Shown piece by piece: positions 12,295-29,539 of a DNA stretch of 64,000 nucleotides; position 1 is the stretch's first letter, and each line of letters opens with the position of its first letter. A model generated the notes under the pieces. The model was not told where the DNA came from. It saw only the letters and a program-made list of their open reading frames with translations, and did no database searches. The position numbers and the translations under genes were made by a program. The DNA is from Takakia lepidozioides (Eukaryota; Plantae; Bryophyta), in the NCBI GenBank assembly GCA_030704615.1, contig CM060733.1:16058001-16122000 (forward strand), read 5' to 3'.

Positions 12295-15200
12295 TCACTG
12301 AACAGAAGCCTGAATGAGAGGTTGCATGAGACCTTGTAGTGTCTGCAGTGATTGCTGTAACTTGACTTCCGATGCAACCCTCTCTCTCAATACTGTGACC
12401 TGCCATCCATTCCCACCAACAAAAGATGGGTTGACGTTTAAGATTTTCACATTGAGCATAACAAATAACTGGTTGAAGTTGATAATTCCCTACTAGGCAG
12501 TGGCCTAGGCTTGGCAAAGTGTTGCCAGCTTGCTAGCAACTAAGTTGGACGCTCATGTATTCATCTATTACACGATAGGCAAAGTGTACATTGGAGGCCT
12601 GGCATTGTCACCACCACCACATGCTACCAGGAATACAGACCTTGGACAGAGAAAAAGCTGATAACATAGCTCCCTCAAATCATCACTTATACTGAAAGAT
12701 TTCAGTAAACATCTAACATCTAGAGTGGTTAAGGTTTGAAGAGAAAGAGAGCCAACCAGGTGTTGGATAGATGACGAAAGCCCAAACACACTCGCATACA
12801 TGTCAAGCACTTTGTGAGCAATAGGGACCAATAGCCTTGCCTGTTTTGGCATTATTACATACCTGTTCACCCCAAATTCATACAACGTTGAAATTATAGA
12901 AGTAAAAAGGCCTCTAAAGCCTTACTCAAGAATATTTAGCTCAACATTTGATGTGCTGAGCATTAACCAAGGGGTAACTCTTTGGCCCATAGTTTGCAAT
13001 TGAGGAGAAGTGGTTCACTGAATCCCTAGCACTGTCTGCGCAGACTTGCCACAAGTGTGTTCTCCAGACAGTTTGGATGAATAAGTAACAAGAGTTCAAG
13101 AAGCTTGAGTTTGTACAACGAGCTGCTTCAGTTACTACTAGATAACAGAGCAGTTTGTCCACCAAGTTGACTCATGACATGACAAGCATCGCTAATCTAC
13201 CTACATAAATCCATTTCACTATAGCCTATCTGCCATCATTCAGATGTGCTTGAGCCCAGCTTACTTGCAAAGGAAGGTAAGAACAGGTTCAAGAGAGGGA
13301 GCGTCACGGTTTGAAAGTGCAGAAACAAGACCACCACGAGCCACCAGCTCCTCCATCACTGCTACTACCACCTGCAACACTTTGTTCAAAAACAATTAAT
13401 CTCCTTGAGTATATCCTTCAACATATCTCCATCAGTGACTGTTATTTGCAGTTCCAAAAGTCAATGGCCACTTACAGCATTCCCGAGTTCCCTAACACTT
13501 GTGGCTATCAGCTGGAAATCTCTTTCAACAAAATCATTATCATACTTCCTTCATGCAAGACACAGTAGACCACTACTGAGCTTCAAGGTAGGGGGAAAGG
13601 TACCGTGGGATCTGCAGTTGCCAAAGCTGCTGTAAGTGCATCTCCGTACTGAAATTGCCGCAGAAACTTGTCATGGTCCCCCATATTAGCCTTGTTTGGT
13701 CGGGCCATATAGTAATCCCCTTCCTGTTCCTCCCATGAACCCACCAGCATCCCAAGTCATTGCAGAGATACGAAATGGTCATCAATATGCAAACCATCAG
13801 CACAACCTCTCCGAGCTGACTGGCGGCAGAGGGAGAGACAGACAGGAAAAGCAGATAGCATATCAGTATATTAAGAAGTTGCACAAGTTTCCATCCCCAA
13901 AAGGTAATTCTACAACTGACCCTTACTGTCTTCTAACAATCACTGCCAGTGACCTCTCATATGGCACTGGGTTTCGCCAACTCAAGGAGATAAACCAAGC
14001 AGGAATAGGACTCTTTGATGCAGTGGCTTGGCCCCTATGATGTGTCAGTCAACTACCAATATCTCTGTGAGGACAGTTTGTTTGTGTCAAGAAAAATATT
14101 TACCAAGAGAAGGAGAAGGATAGTTCTATATTAGAGTAACTTGCATCAGTAGACAAACACAGGGTACAGAGTTGAAGTGCCAGCATCAGACCGAAACAGA
14201 TTCAGCGCGACCACGCAAAAAGTAGCGGTAGTTGGCGGGGTGCAATTTTCGTGGTGTCCTTGTCCCTGTTGTAACCAGACTGGTCACTGCTTGTCCCACT
14301 GGTTCCACAGCCGTGGCCGGTTTCTTCCGCTGGCGGATGGAGAGAAGACCCATTGAGGTACCCACAGCCAATGTGGTGCATGGTGGTGACACAAGCATGC
14401 TCAAGATGGGGCCTGGATACTTGGCAGCATGTGTCACCTGGAACATATCGTACCCATTTCCAAATTACAATCTCTTTCAGGGTACTGCATATTCACACTG
14501 CAACTGCAACTGCTCAAAATTGCTTAAAAAGACCAAAGACAATGCTACAAACTGTGGTGACTGCATTTTGTAGGATGTGCTTCAGCTATGTGCATTAGCC
14601 AAAATTTTCTGACTTTTCAGAATAATTTGAGTTCAACTTTGGACTCTCTTGTCAAGCTTCATTTGTACAAAGAAATTCAGACGATCAATATTGACAAGAC
14701 TGGAATGCCTAACTTGAAAATCCTGGCATATACCAGTATCAAATTGACTATCCCACCGCCCTCCATTGCTAATGAAGACGGATGGTTGTCATCAACGTAA
14801 TCCGCACCTTGAATTGATTGAGTTCGAACACCTTAACATGGCCATCTAAAGAGGCTGTCAAGAGACGAGGGGCATCTTGGGCCATGGCAACCCCTGACTT
14901 GCTGGGAGAAGCCATGCATAGTGCAGTCACTGTCTTCTGGTGACTGCCCAACACTTGCAGCTGCTTGCCTCCTCCCACCACATCCCATATCTTCACCTCA
15001 TTCCCCCCTAGCTTCCCATGCCCCCAGGTCAATAACACTTGCACATTGCAATTGCAAGTACCAAAGCTTAGTAGTGCATGTCTAAATATCCTCACAGTTT
15101 GTGCATTTAAAAATAACGCCAAAAGTTGTCCGTGTACTTGAAGTTAAACTTTTGGTGGCAGAAGGTTGCATAAAACTGACTGCAGAAAATGTGAAGCCCC

Positions 15201-18200
15201 AGTGCCATTTTCCCAAAGTCAATGAAGCTACTGAAGGAAGCCTTTACCCAGACTAGCTATTCTGCTACCCTGCTTTCCTTTCTTATGGGGTCCAAACATC
15301 GCGTCAACAGCCAAAAGGCTATAACAAAGTGTACATACTACATTCCTTTGAGTACAAGATACAGATGCCACTGAAAATGTAGAACTATCAAACAGATTAG
15401 CTCTTTTAAGTGTTTATTCCCATGTGTTGGATGAGTGGCACTTTTTACGAAATTCACAGGAGAACTGAGGGAAGTGTCTGCCATAAGAGTGTACCCACCT
15501 GCAGTCGCCAGGAGGCCTCCAGAAGGAAAGAAAAGTACAGCCTCCAGCGGTTTTCCATGCTGCAAAGCTCCCAAGATAAAGGTATCATTCAGCTTTGCTA
15601 AACCATTACAGTTGCGTTGTTCACATGAAACATTTTCTTGTAAATAATCTACTCATAAGACTTTGTTTGCCATACCCTTGTGGGCCGTAGACCCTGGCCC
15701 CAGTTTGGACGAAAACATAGGGAAAACTACCATTGTGAGGGGCTGACTCTGGTAGTGTGACTGACCTGGGTAAAGAGAATTAGTTCGGGCTTTCCAGATA
15801 TCCTCTAGAAAACCCTTCACACAAGCAGCAATCTGCAGTGTATGAGTAGCCCAGAAGCTAGACCCCAACAGGGCCAGGGCTTTAGGCTCAGCCTCGAGAT
15901 TTTCAAAGTTGGTGGACAGAGGTGCAGGAACCATGTTCTTGATGTTCCTCAAGAGGGTCACTCTCTGGTGAGAATACCCCGGACATTGTACCAGAAAATG
16001 GATTTTGTCTTCAGGTTGTCCGCACATCCGGCAATTACAATCTCCTTTTCCTCTCTGCAACTGTTTATTGTTCAAAGGTAGGCTCCCCGCCCTCAGTTTA
16101 AACTTCAGTCTAGTGCCGAGGGTAGCCTCCCGTAATATCTCTGAGGTAGGCCCTTCAGATCATCTTTACCTTGCCCATCTCACAGACTGGAAACAAGTTC
16201 AGGCAAGTTTCATGCCTAACTTTTCATTGGACAGTCTTTGGGCATCAAACATGGCTTTGGATACAACCCCCTCCAGGTCAGCTTCATCCAGTAGGGCCAA
16301 TTCTTTTGGACTAATGTTCAGATGCTTTGAAATCTCTTCTATCCTTAACCGCCTGTTTCACAGGACGGATTGACTATTTTCTTGAAACCAGCACCCAACA
16401 CCATCTCTGTGAACTTCCAATTTGACTGTTCGAAAGGCATTTCTTCAAACTGAGAGAGCTGTTGGACACTTTGGAATGACAGAAATTCTTGCCACTCTCC
16501 ATCAATAAGTGTACTTAAGACCTACCAGACCTCAAAAATGTGTCAATACACCAACTGTAGTCGGACTAAAAAGCCTGGGGAGGAGAAAAAGACCTGCAAC
16601 TGTAAGACATTTTTGGAAGTCCGTAAGTCCCACAGGCGTACCGAGTGATCATACGATCCTGTAGCCCTGCACCAAACACAGCAGGTACCATCACTACCAG
16701 TCTTGCATTCTAACTGAGTAGATCCTGAATTAGGTGGCCTCACACAACTAGAGCAAAATTGACCTGGATGGCAGAAGCGAAAAGTGAGAGGGAGCATACT
16801 GTTGCACAATTGTATCTTAATTGTATAATATCAACATACCAAAGATCAGTGCTGGCAGGGCTGGCTGCACCGCAACGCACATAATCAGAGTGCCCCTCCA
16901 GCTTCACAACTGCCTCCTGCCATGTGAAATGTTGTCTCATGTTATGCCAAGTCATCCTCTTTCGGGCACATGAATTTACTCTGAATACAAACGGTTTGGT
17001 CTGACATGGAATACCTGAGATGCCACATCCCACCACCGAACCGTCCGATCGTCACCTCCTGACAACACGTGCAACTTGTCCTCTGGGGAGTATCGTACCC
17101 AGTGCACTGCCCTGCAAGATCCACCCCGCCCCAGCCTACCTGTCAGTACTACCTACAATAATCGGATATTTTAGGTTTGGTTCCAGCACTGGTGGCAGGA
17201 TTCAGAAGCTTCGACAAACATATCCTGATTCGCCAAGAATAAAGTGCATGAAGCACAGCCTACCAGCTCTGAAGGGAAGGAATGACTGAGGGATGTGGAC
17301 AAACCCTGAGTGGCCCTTGAGTTGACGAAGAATTGTGCGACTGCCAACATCAAACACCTAACCAACAATCCATAAGCCCTCCTTAATAAACCATTCCACA
17401 GGAAAACCCACCAGAACACCGACAGCAATATCTCAGCAGTGTACAACATGCATATGCAAAGAACAGGATAGAGTTCTGTGTTGCCCTCCCTTAAAATTCT
17501 AATCTTTCATGTCTTGTTGAGAGTAGCTTCCACTAGTTTCTTTGGAGACTTACTTGTATGATTCCTGTTTCGCCACCAGCTACAAGGAGCTGTCCATCTG
17601 GTCGAAAATTGCCTGAATATGCCTGAAATGGACATACAGCATAAACATATTTCAGAAGCTTTGGCCACTGGCTGACTCACTGATTCCTTCTCTGGGCTCA
17701 TCAAGTAGAGTATTCAGCTATTGACATATCTCATGTTGCCCACAGTTTCTCTTCCACACTCTCTTTTCTAGTGGAGCACAGGTAGAATGACCTACCACAT
17801 CGGAAAAACGTGCAATTGTCTTCTTCACTTCACAGGTAGCTCCATCATAAATTGTAACCTGAAACGTATCTATGTCCAAACAGATGTGAGCATAGGGTAC
17901 AAATGCCTCTGTCCACTGTAGAGTTATAGAAAGATGCTTTCCACGACAGAATACTAAATAAGTAGACAAATCTCCCGATGCATGGGCAGTGTAGAAGGTC
18001 CACATTACTGTGAAAAAAATCCAGTAATTTCCTTGAAGCTGCACCTGAGTACACTTTGAAGAGTACAAGATTTCAAGAGAGTTATTTGCTGCATCTTCAA
18101 GCAAACAATGGAAATATTTTGTCAAAATTTCGTTGTGAATGCCGGATAAGCTGAAACATTCTCCAGTTGAAGTGTATGTTATGCAGCCTTATCATCTCTC

Positions 18201-18565
18201 AATGTCCTCTATCCAATCATCACATAGTATTAAAGTCGATATAATTTTTCAAACTGGGATCTAGCAGCCGCCTCTTGGCAACGAAGACAGATAGGAGAAG
18301 TGGATTAGATATCAAAAGGAGGAAAATCTATTCCAAAGAGAAGATACCGCAGGACGCTTACTCGAGTGGAAGAGGTGACAGCGAAGTCATGTGGCGCAGC
18401 AGGACAGAAGTCGATTGAAGTTACCGCGGCAATCTGCTGTTGCGTCCCCTTGTTCTTAAAGGATTTCCAAAAATTGGAATCAACTGATAGTGCATTTTTA
18501 GAAGCCGGGTAAGCCCTCGGTCGCACAGGCACGTAGTTTGCCACAATTCCTTTATTCGTTTCCAT
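12295..18565 (-). CDS. UTP15: U3 snoRNA-associated protein 15 homolog (WD40 + UTP15_C), 14 exons
   Basis: Exons 18565-18362, 17858-17796, 17622-17554, 17357-17305, 17111-17015, 16916-16840, 16666-16594, 15559-15499, 15007-14808, 14437-14192, 13723-13604, 13371-13265, 12862-12757, 12399-12295, all GT-AG and phase-compatible. Motifs FWKSFK, PHDFAVTSSTRV, FRPDGQLLVAG, GHSDYVR, TGSYDHSVRLWD, HQKTVT, TASLDGHVKVF, HDKFLRQFQYGDAL, VMEELVARGGL. Confidence 0.92.
15655..16480 (-). mobile_element. LINE 3' remnant, copy B (most complete), inside UTP15 intron 7
   Basis: LGTRLKFKLRAGSLPLNN...CRMCGQPEDKIHFLVQCPGYSHQR...IWKAR, a zf-RVT-like CCHC tail. Homologous to copies A and C. Confidence 0.75.
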
Positions 18566-18805
18566 GCCTGGCCCCAAACTTACGTCCGCTGACTTTAGAG
18601 ACGCAGAGAAAGATGAGGATTAGCAAAATGCGAGCTTTCTCACATGCAGCTAATCCCAACCAGTTTGACTACATCTGAGCAGCTGTGGATCATGCTTGAT
18701 CTGAAAAGGAAGGCTTGCATGCGCATCGCATTGTACCAGTAGAAGCGCTTCGCCTCTCTCCTGCATTGATTTCCGTCCATACTTGGCATTCACAGATTCA
18801 AGGTT

Positions 18806-18813
18806 TAGGGTTT
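18806..18813 (-). promoter_or_regulatory. Telo-box (AAACCCTA) upstream of UTP15
   Basis: ggtttagggtttagg lies about 240 bp upstream of the UTP15 ATG. Telo-boxes are characteristic of plant ribosome-biogenesis gene promoters and leaders. Confidence 0.5.
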
Positions 18814-19525
18814 AGGCACCTCTTTGCGTGCCACCCTTTTATACCAAGCTGATATCACCAGACCTAAAGAATATTCTTACATTGACACCTCTTTGGAAAG
18901 GGTGGATATGTAGGGTTTATGAATTAGGTCAGCTACCTATCCTTCCCCACTGCTCTCTCTATTTGGCCTAGTGTGATTGGGCAAGAAGCATCGGTGATGA
19001 CTGTTGTGTGCCTGTTGCTTTGGAGAGAGACACAAAGGCAATGCGGACCCCACGACCATATACGACTGCCACTTGTAGCTGCAAGACACTGGAAGTGTGG
19101 CCAACCTGCGTCCGTGGCCTGCTTGAATCCTCGAATGTAGTTGGCCTGCTAAATATATTACACATTTGCAGAAGGCATGGATAAGGTTTCATATCTCGTG
19201 CTTCATCTTACTAAAGTATGTACTGTGGTCTCCATTGTTGTGATTCATAGAATTCATCTTTTGTAAGAGGCGGTTGCTTTATGATTTACCACAGCTCATC
19301 GTTTGGGAACGTGGACCGCACAAAGGACTAGGTACTATAGTGTGACCACACCACTCCTTTCTCTCGGTCGGACCTCAGCGATGGTATAAGACCGGATCGT
19401 TAGATTCTTTAACCAAGTGCGGGTAGTTCACCTTGAATCTCGGTGCGAGATATTGTGAGAGAGATTGATTTCCGCTGCCTGAGTTCTGCTGCAGGACAGG
19501 CCAGTGGTGCAAACTAAGGCAGTAA

Positions 19526-23294
<3,769 letters not shown>

Positions 23295-24704
23295 TATGAA
23301 TTAAGTATTCATTCTCCATTTCTATATGAATTCTCTCCTTTTCCAGGTGATGATACTTGTATGATAGAGTATGTATGTTAGATGGATGGAGAAAAGTTAT
23401 AGCCTCACAACTCACCGAAAATGTGTTCTTGTCTTTCTAAAATCTAGTAACTGAAAATGTGTGGACGTGAACACATTTCAGAAAATTCTGGATAAGGTAC
23501 AAGATAGGTAGATTTGCAATCAAACACGACCTACTTTGATTGGTTACTTGAATACCTCAACTGGAGATGTTGGATATGTATGTCAGGTTCTTAGGAGATT
23601 GGAGAGGTTTTTAATTCAGGTGAATGGTGGTGAACTTTATCACTTGGCCCCTTCAACAAGTACCCCTGGTTGAAGGCATGTGTAATATCAAACAGTGGTT
23701 TTGCTCAATTTGGTCAAATGGAAACATGGAAGATTGCGTCTCACAACATTGCACCTGTTGGCTTTGAGAGTGAACACCTTTGGCAGGTACACAGAGTATG
23801 AGGTCTGAAGCACGGCCTCCTGGTTGGTTTTGAGGGTAAACACTCTTATCATTTTTGCGTGGCAGGTGATTTGGAGCATGGGTGTATATAGGCTTCCGTG
23901 AATCTTTGAATGTGTAGGGTGCTTGGTCTCATTGCTGTAATTACTGAAAGGCTTTGAAGTGGAGGTCAAAAAGTCCTGGCCTGAGTACTTTCCAGGATTT
24001 GAGATGTCTGTCCCCACAGGGTAGGAGTTGAACAGCTCAGAGGAAAAGTTGAGGTCGACGATTCTCTGTCGTAAAGGACCCGGCCATATTTCCTAGTGTA
24101 TAAATATGTTCCTTATTTACCTGAATGCCCCGCCCGTGCGTGCGGAGGTAGTGCGTGCGGAGGTAATATGGTGCGGTATATTGCACAGTGCACATTATAC
24201 CCGGTATAATGCACTGCTGCGCGCCTGTTTCTTTCCGCAGAGGAGGGACCTCCACTCAGGGCCCTCCTCTATACAGGATTTTAGAAATCTAGCTGGAGTC
24301 CATAAATATCAGAGTACAATTCCGTTATTTGCAGTCCCGGGGAAAATATGTGGAATGTGTCGAATTCTTGGTTGCAAAGTCCCCACTTTAAGAATGAAAA
24401 GTTTGTAAGATTTTTATGTAATACTTTGATGATGTCCTACAAGACAAGGCCAACATTTGAACCTGCACAGTAGTCTCATAAGAGTTGTTATCGAATTGGA
24501 TATACACTGGTGTGGATGTGAATGGACTCTGTCAAGCCTAAAGCTAGCCCATCCCGTCATAGAAATATAATATATGATGCCTCCCCAAGAGTGATGGTGT
24601 CTCTTCACCCCCAAGGTGGACACCAATTGGTGGGTTGAACCCACAACCACTTCCGAGGTGGTATGTGGCCATTACCTCTACGCTACAACTTGGTTGTCCC
24701 CTAA

Positions 24705-25099
24705 GACCATCCTCCGCCGGTGGCTTTGTATGTGGGTACATCAAGTGCCTTTTTATTGAGGCATGTGCAGAGCGCTCAAGAAGATGGGGTGCCTGAAGCT
24801 GGATTGGTCCCCACCAGCTGCACGGCAAACCTCACGCCACCCTCCTACTGAACCTCTCGCTCGCCAGCGTCTCACGTGTGGGATGATCGCCTGACTCCAG
24901 ATGCGCGCTGGACTCGTCTGGACTTACGTGACACATAACGGGCCGGAAGGACACGGCAAGGTCCGGAGTCCGGTTCCAATTTGGAGCGCACGCATTGTAC
25001 CGTGTGCACCGGTGGGGCATGGTTTTTGTGTCTTATCTCTCTGACACGGAACTTTGCCGCTTCCGTGGCTGATAGCATGCCCCGGTGGTGGGGATGCTC
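24705..25099. mobile_element. Probable second Tourist-like MITE abutting the first
   Basis: Right end ccggtggtggGGATGCTC followed by TAA. Degenerate left end TAA-GACCATCCTCCGCCGG at 24705. Confidence 0.45.
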
Positions 25100-25102
25100 T
25101 AA

Positions 25103-25444
25103 GAGCATCTCCACGGGGGTACACCAAACAACACTGCAACGGTAATCGGCCTCCAACACTCCCCTCCCCTAGCAGCAACCCAAGCGAACTACCCTGCACA
25201 TGTCTTTTTTGGCTGACATGTCTTTTTTGGCTGACGTGCCTTGCTCCAAAGGGACCACCTGGACAGACGCCGCCTTATCCTCACGCCATAAATGTAGGCA
25301 GACGTGTTTTTTAGTCGCTCGAGCAGGTACCGGCAGGGCCTAGACGGCTTGTATCCTACACGAAAGGGCCCCGCGGGTGTGGATACCAGGGCTGGGTTCC
25401 TTTGCCGTTGCCGGGGCATTTAGGGACCCCTGGTGGAGATGCTC
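25103..25444. mobile_element. Tourist/PIF-Harbinger-type MITE
   Basis: TIRs GAGCATCTCCAC ... GTGGAGATGCTC flanked by TAA (25100-25102) and TTA (25445-25447). Confidence 0.7.
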
Positions 25445-27219
25445 TTATGATAAGTGAGGAGGTTACTAAGAAAAAACAGTTCAATTCAACATGGATGTCT
25501 CAGCAACATACACTCTCATCAGGTACTCAGGGCACTGGATGATCTTTGTCTGTCTCATCAACCACCTGAATTAGAGTGTAGCTGGCAGACATACCCTTAT
25601 AGCTACTCCACTCTTTGGCCCATACAAAACATTATGAGAATTTGTTATTCCAGTGTTGTGGGGGTATATGATATGCCTGGCAAGGTAGATGGCATGATGT
25701 GATGGATGTATGATAAACCATGCTCATGTAAGCAAAAAAGAATGTTCTATACATTCTAAGAATATAATTATACACTAACTTTGTTGTACATTTCGCTAAA
25801 CCAGCTGAGACCTAATAGTAACACAGTTGTTACCAGAATAAAACAGACACGTTTAGCCAAGGCTGTAGTCGTTCCGGTCAATTTGACCCATAAGTTAGGT
25901 CTGCTTCAGCAATGAGTTCACATTTTTATTTTATTTTTAATCTTGCGCCGATGGCAAATCACCAAGACTTTTTCCTTGAAAATCCATATGGGAAAACATG
26001 TCATGGAATTCTCTTCCAAGACACACTAACTTTACCATTTTTCATGGCCTCTCATTTTACAATATTTGCGACCTTATGGTGCACGCGCGCGAGCTAACCG
26101 GTGGGCCCCTCGCACGAACGCCCCCCAACCTCCGCCCACCGTTGCGCGCGGTTGCCCAGCCGCGGCTGCAGCGGCTGCAGCAGCTGCGGCCCACCTGCCG
26201 CGCCTACGGCAGCCCCGCCTGCACTCCGCCACGCCCCCAGTCCGCTGCCCATGAGTCCGCTTCCCCTTAGTCCGCCAGACCGCCAGTCTGTCGGCCAGTA
26301 CGCAGACTGGCCAGTCCGCCCAACAATCCGTTGTGCCCGTCTTCTGCCCCCCAGTCTGCCAGTCTACTAGTCCGTGTCGGCCGAAGGATGTGGACCGTCC
26401 ATTCTGAGAAACCCATCCATGCCATCCATGTTTAGGGCATGGGAAATCGCAACATCCTGCCACTTGTTGTCCCGTTTTTGCGGTTCTTTGTTGTCCAATG
26501 TTGCGGAGCTGACTTTGCACGCAAGCGGCTATTCTTCTTGTTTAGGGCGATGTTAATGACGATGAAGGATGTGCCTGAACATGACAGGGCTGGCGGGGCT
26601 CTACAGCCACCATCGTGCATATCCTTCCACTATTTACGCCTTCGTTTTGTGTTGACGTGGTTTTTTTGGAAGACGATATGTGGAAAAAATGCATGCGTTT
26701 ACGGTTTGTGGTGTATGGACGGGACGTTGTCCGAGTCTGAGCTCCTTCGTACTGCACAGAAAACCATTGGTAACACAATAGCGGAAATTGCGGAAGTATA
26801 TGCACGTCGGGGCGTGTATACATTGTAGAATTTATATCCACCGATAAGACTATTGAGGGGAGGACGTCTCTTCCACCACATGTCTGGCAACTGCGGAGAG
26901 TGTGAACGGAACAGGATCCAGTCCGAAGGTCCTCAAACATCCAGATGCACCTCCTGAATCATCATATCTCAACCACTACCGTCTCCTTGCAAATTGGACA
27001 ATGGGGAAAAAGACGTAGCCTGAGAGATGTGGATTCACGTTGCTTGTGGATGTTTGAGGTCATTACGACTGCAAATGCGAGTGGATCAACAGGCTTTTCG
27101 ACTGCATCTTTGTCAATATTTTCTCTAAGCAGTTTGTTGTGCCATGAGTATGGGCATATGTTAGTCTGGTGGACGTATGAAATGCAACCACGGCATAAAC
27201 GCTAAGCCAAGCGTGGGTC

Positions 27220-28330
27220 TGATGGGATATTAGTCTGGTCTGCTGGATTGTTGGTCTCTTGGGATATCAGTCTGTTGTGGCGCGAGTCTATTGTTCAGCG
27301 GACTACTGGGCCGTCACTGCCTGCCGAATTCCGCTTATCCCCAAAGTATCTTCTCTCGTCAGTATGTTGAACCGTCGGTCAGCTGGAAGTCCGTCTTTTG
27401 GGATATGAGTCCGTTGCACTACTACTTTACCAATTGTACCGTGAGTCTGTTCGCAGTGAGCCCGTTCGCAACAGTTCAATTTTCTTCTGACCTCTGGACC
27501 ACCCTTCTATTTATCCACATTGTCGTGAGTCTGCTGAGCCGTCGGTCTGGTGGTCTGTCGGTCTCTTCTGATATCAATCAGCTAGACTGTCACGAAACCA
27601 GTCTGTTGTAGCGCAAGTCTATTTGCGTTGGGTCTGTTGAGCCATCATTGTGATCACGTGTAAGTCTATTGGACCTATTAATGCAACGACGGCGGGAAGG
27701 GGCGCCACTGATCTCACGCCACCTCCTTACTCGGACAGAAAGTGTGGTTTAGGGTTCAGCCTCTATTCTCGTATGCATGTTCACTCGGCCGCCTAGGGGA
27801 CAGTCTGTCTTTTGGGATATTAGTCTGTTAGAAATCAGTCTGTTGTCGCGCAAATTAGTCTGCGTTCGCCAGTCTGTTGAACCTTCCGTCTGCTGGACTG
27901 TACGTGCAGTGGCATATGAGTCTGTTGTCGCGCAAGTTTGTTTGCAGTGGGTCTGTTCGGCCGTTTTATCATTAGATGTAAATCTGTTGGACATAATAAA
28001 TGCAGCGACGGCGGCAAGGAGGCCCAGTCATGTCGCGCCATGTCCTCAGTCTCCGTACCAAACTCCTGGCCTCCGTCTCTGGTCAGTCTCGCCTCAGTCT
28101 CTTCGTTAGTCTGCTTAACCTCAGTCTTCAGTCTATCCTTGCAGTGACATATGAGTCTATTGTCGCGCAAGTTTGTTTGTAGTGGGTTTGTTCGGCCGTC
28201 TTTGTCATCAGGTGTAAGTTTGTTGGACTTATTGAATGCGACGACGGCGTCAAGGAGTCCTACTCATCCCGTCTGCTGGACTGTCCGTGCAGTGGCATAT
28301 AAGTCTGTCTGTTGCAGTGGCTTACTGTCA
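27220..28330. repeat. Degenerate internal tandem repeats of the MULE (AGTCTG-rich)
   Basis: Repeated blocks such as gtcttttgggatattagtctg, atatgagtct(g/a)ttgtcgcgcaagtttgtttg(c/t)agtggg and ccgtctgctggactgt(a/c)cgtgcagtggcatat. Confidence 0.75.
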
Positions 28331-28746
28331 GCACGTGTGAGGGGTCTGGAACTGTTCAATGCAATGGTGGCAAAAAAAGGGCGTCAGTCAAATATCGCCA
28401 CGTCACTCCGCGGCATGCAGCGGCATGCAAGGGCATACCTGTTCTCCTCTTTCCACTGGACTTCTTTTTGCACTGTTTTGTTTTAGGCCCGTCCACCTCC
28501 CATTTATGCGAGCCCGCTTTCATTTGCACATGTTAGCTTTTCCAGGCGCGGAGAATCGCGTGAGCAGTGAATCGTCGCAACAACCGTCGCCTCCACAACA
28601 CGCCGTCTGCCTAGTGAGTTTTCCACTTTGTGCTTTGGTTTCTTTCCATTCTCTTTTCCGGTCTACTCTGCTTTCTTATTCTTAATCACTCCATATCGTA
28701 GTCTGTCGTGTCATTGTCACTGCATCCTTTGTCTGATTCTGTAGCC

Positions 28747-29055
28747 ATGGAAGATGCTTATGAAAAGGGTGGAGCGGACTGGTTGCATTTCGTGCACAAG
28801 TCCAGGCTGAAGGAGCGAAGGTACTCGTACTCACCTGAGGAGTATGATGCGAAAATAGTCGAAGCATTCTTAGACCTCTGCGCAATCAAGTCTGAAGACT
28901 CGAACTGGCAGAAAGATAAGCTCCACTGTCCTTTTTGTAAGGAAATTATCAAGAACAAAGTGCAGCTAAACCGCCATTGTGTTGACACAGGTTGCAAAAA
29001 CAAGCGCCACATCCCACCTAGCTTCAAACCGTGGCCAGTACAAAGTTCAACATGA
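28747..29055 (+). pseudogene. Decayed MULE cargo ORF, N-terminal part with a C2H2/BED-like zinc-finger pattern
   Basis: MEDAYEKG...HCPFCKEIIKNKVQLNRHCVDTGC shows CxxC-x12-H spacing; premature stop. Confidence 0.4.
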
Positions 29056-29539
29056 GGGTGGTTCATGCGGCCACCGCTAGACTCTGAGGCGCAAACCCAA
29101 AGGCCCGCACTTTGGCGGAAGTGCGCGCACGGTATGGGGTGGGTTCTATTGTTTCAATGCAAGATGTGCAGGACTTGACATCGCCTGTGGCTCCCAGAAA
29201 AAAGAAACTTAGTGATGGGGCCCAGAAGAAGGAAAGAGAAAAGGCTGCAAGGTCTGCTCGGGAGGCCAGGGCAAAATCTCAACATTAGACTCGCCCCAAG
29301 ATAGTCGGGAAGTCTCACGGGCTATGCCAAGGAAACGGTCTACGCAGCAGACCCAGACCATAAGTAGTTCAAGAGAGTTAGTCTGCTGAGCCCTCTGCAG
29401 ACATCATCCCACTAGAAGAAAAACGCGGAATAACCACTGGCCCCCTTAACCGCTCTTGTCTTTTATCACTCTATAAATCACTCCAAGTAATGGTAACCAC
29501 TGGTTAGTGGTTAATTCCGATAAAATGCCACGGTGGCAT

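Noticed and set aside
26500-27200. Possible remnant of MuDR/FAR1 N-terminal domain (KRRSLRDVDSRCLWMFEV)
   Set aside because: Resemblance too weak and no DDE or SWIM motifs follow; needs an HMM search.
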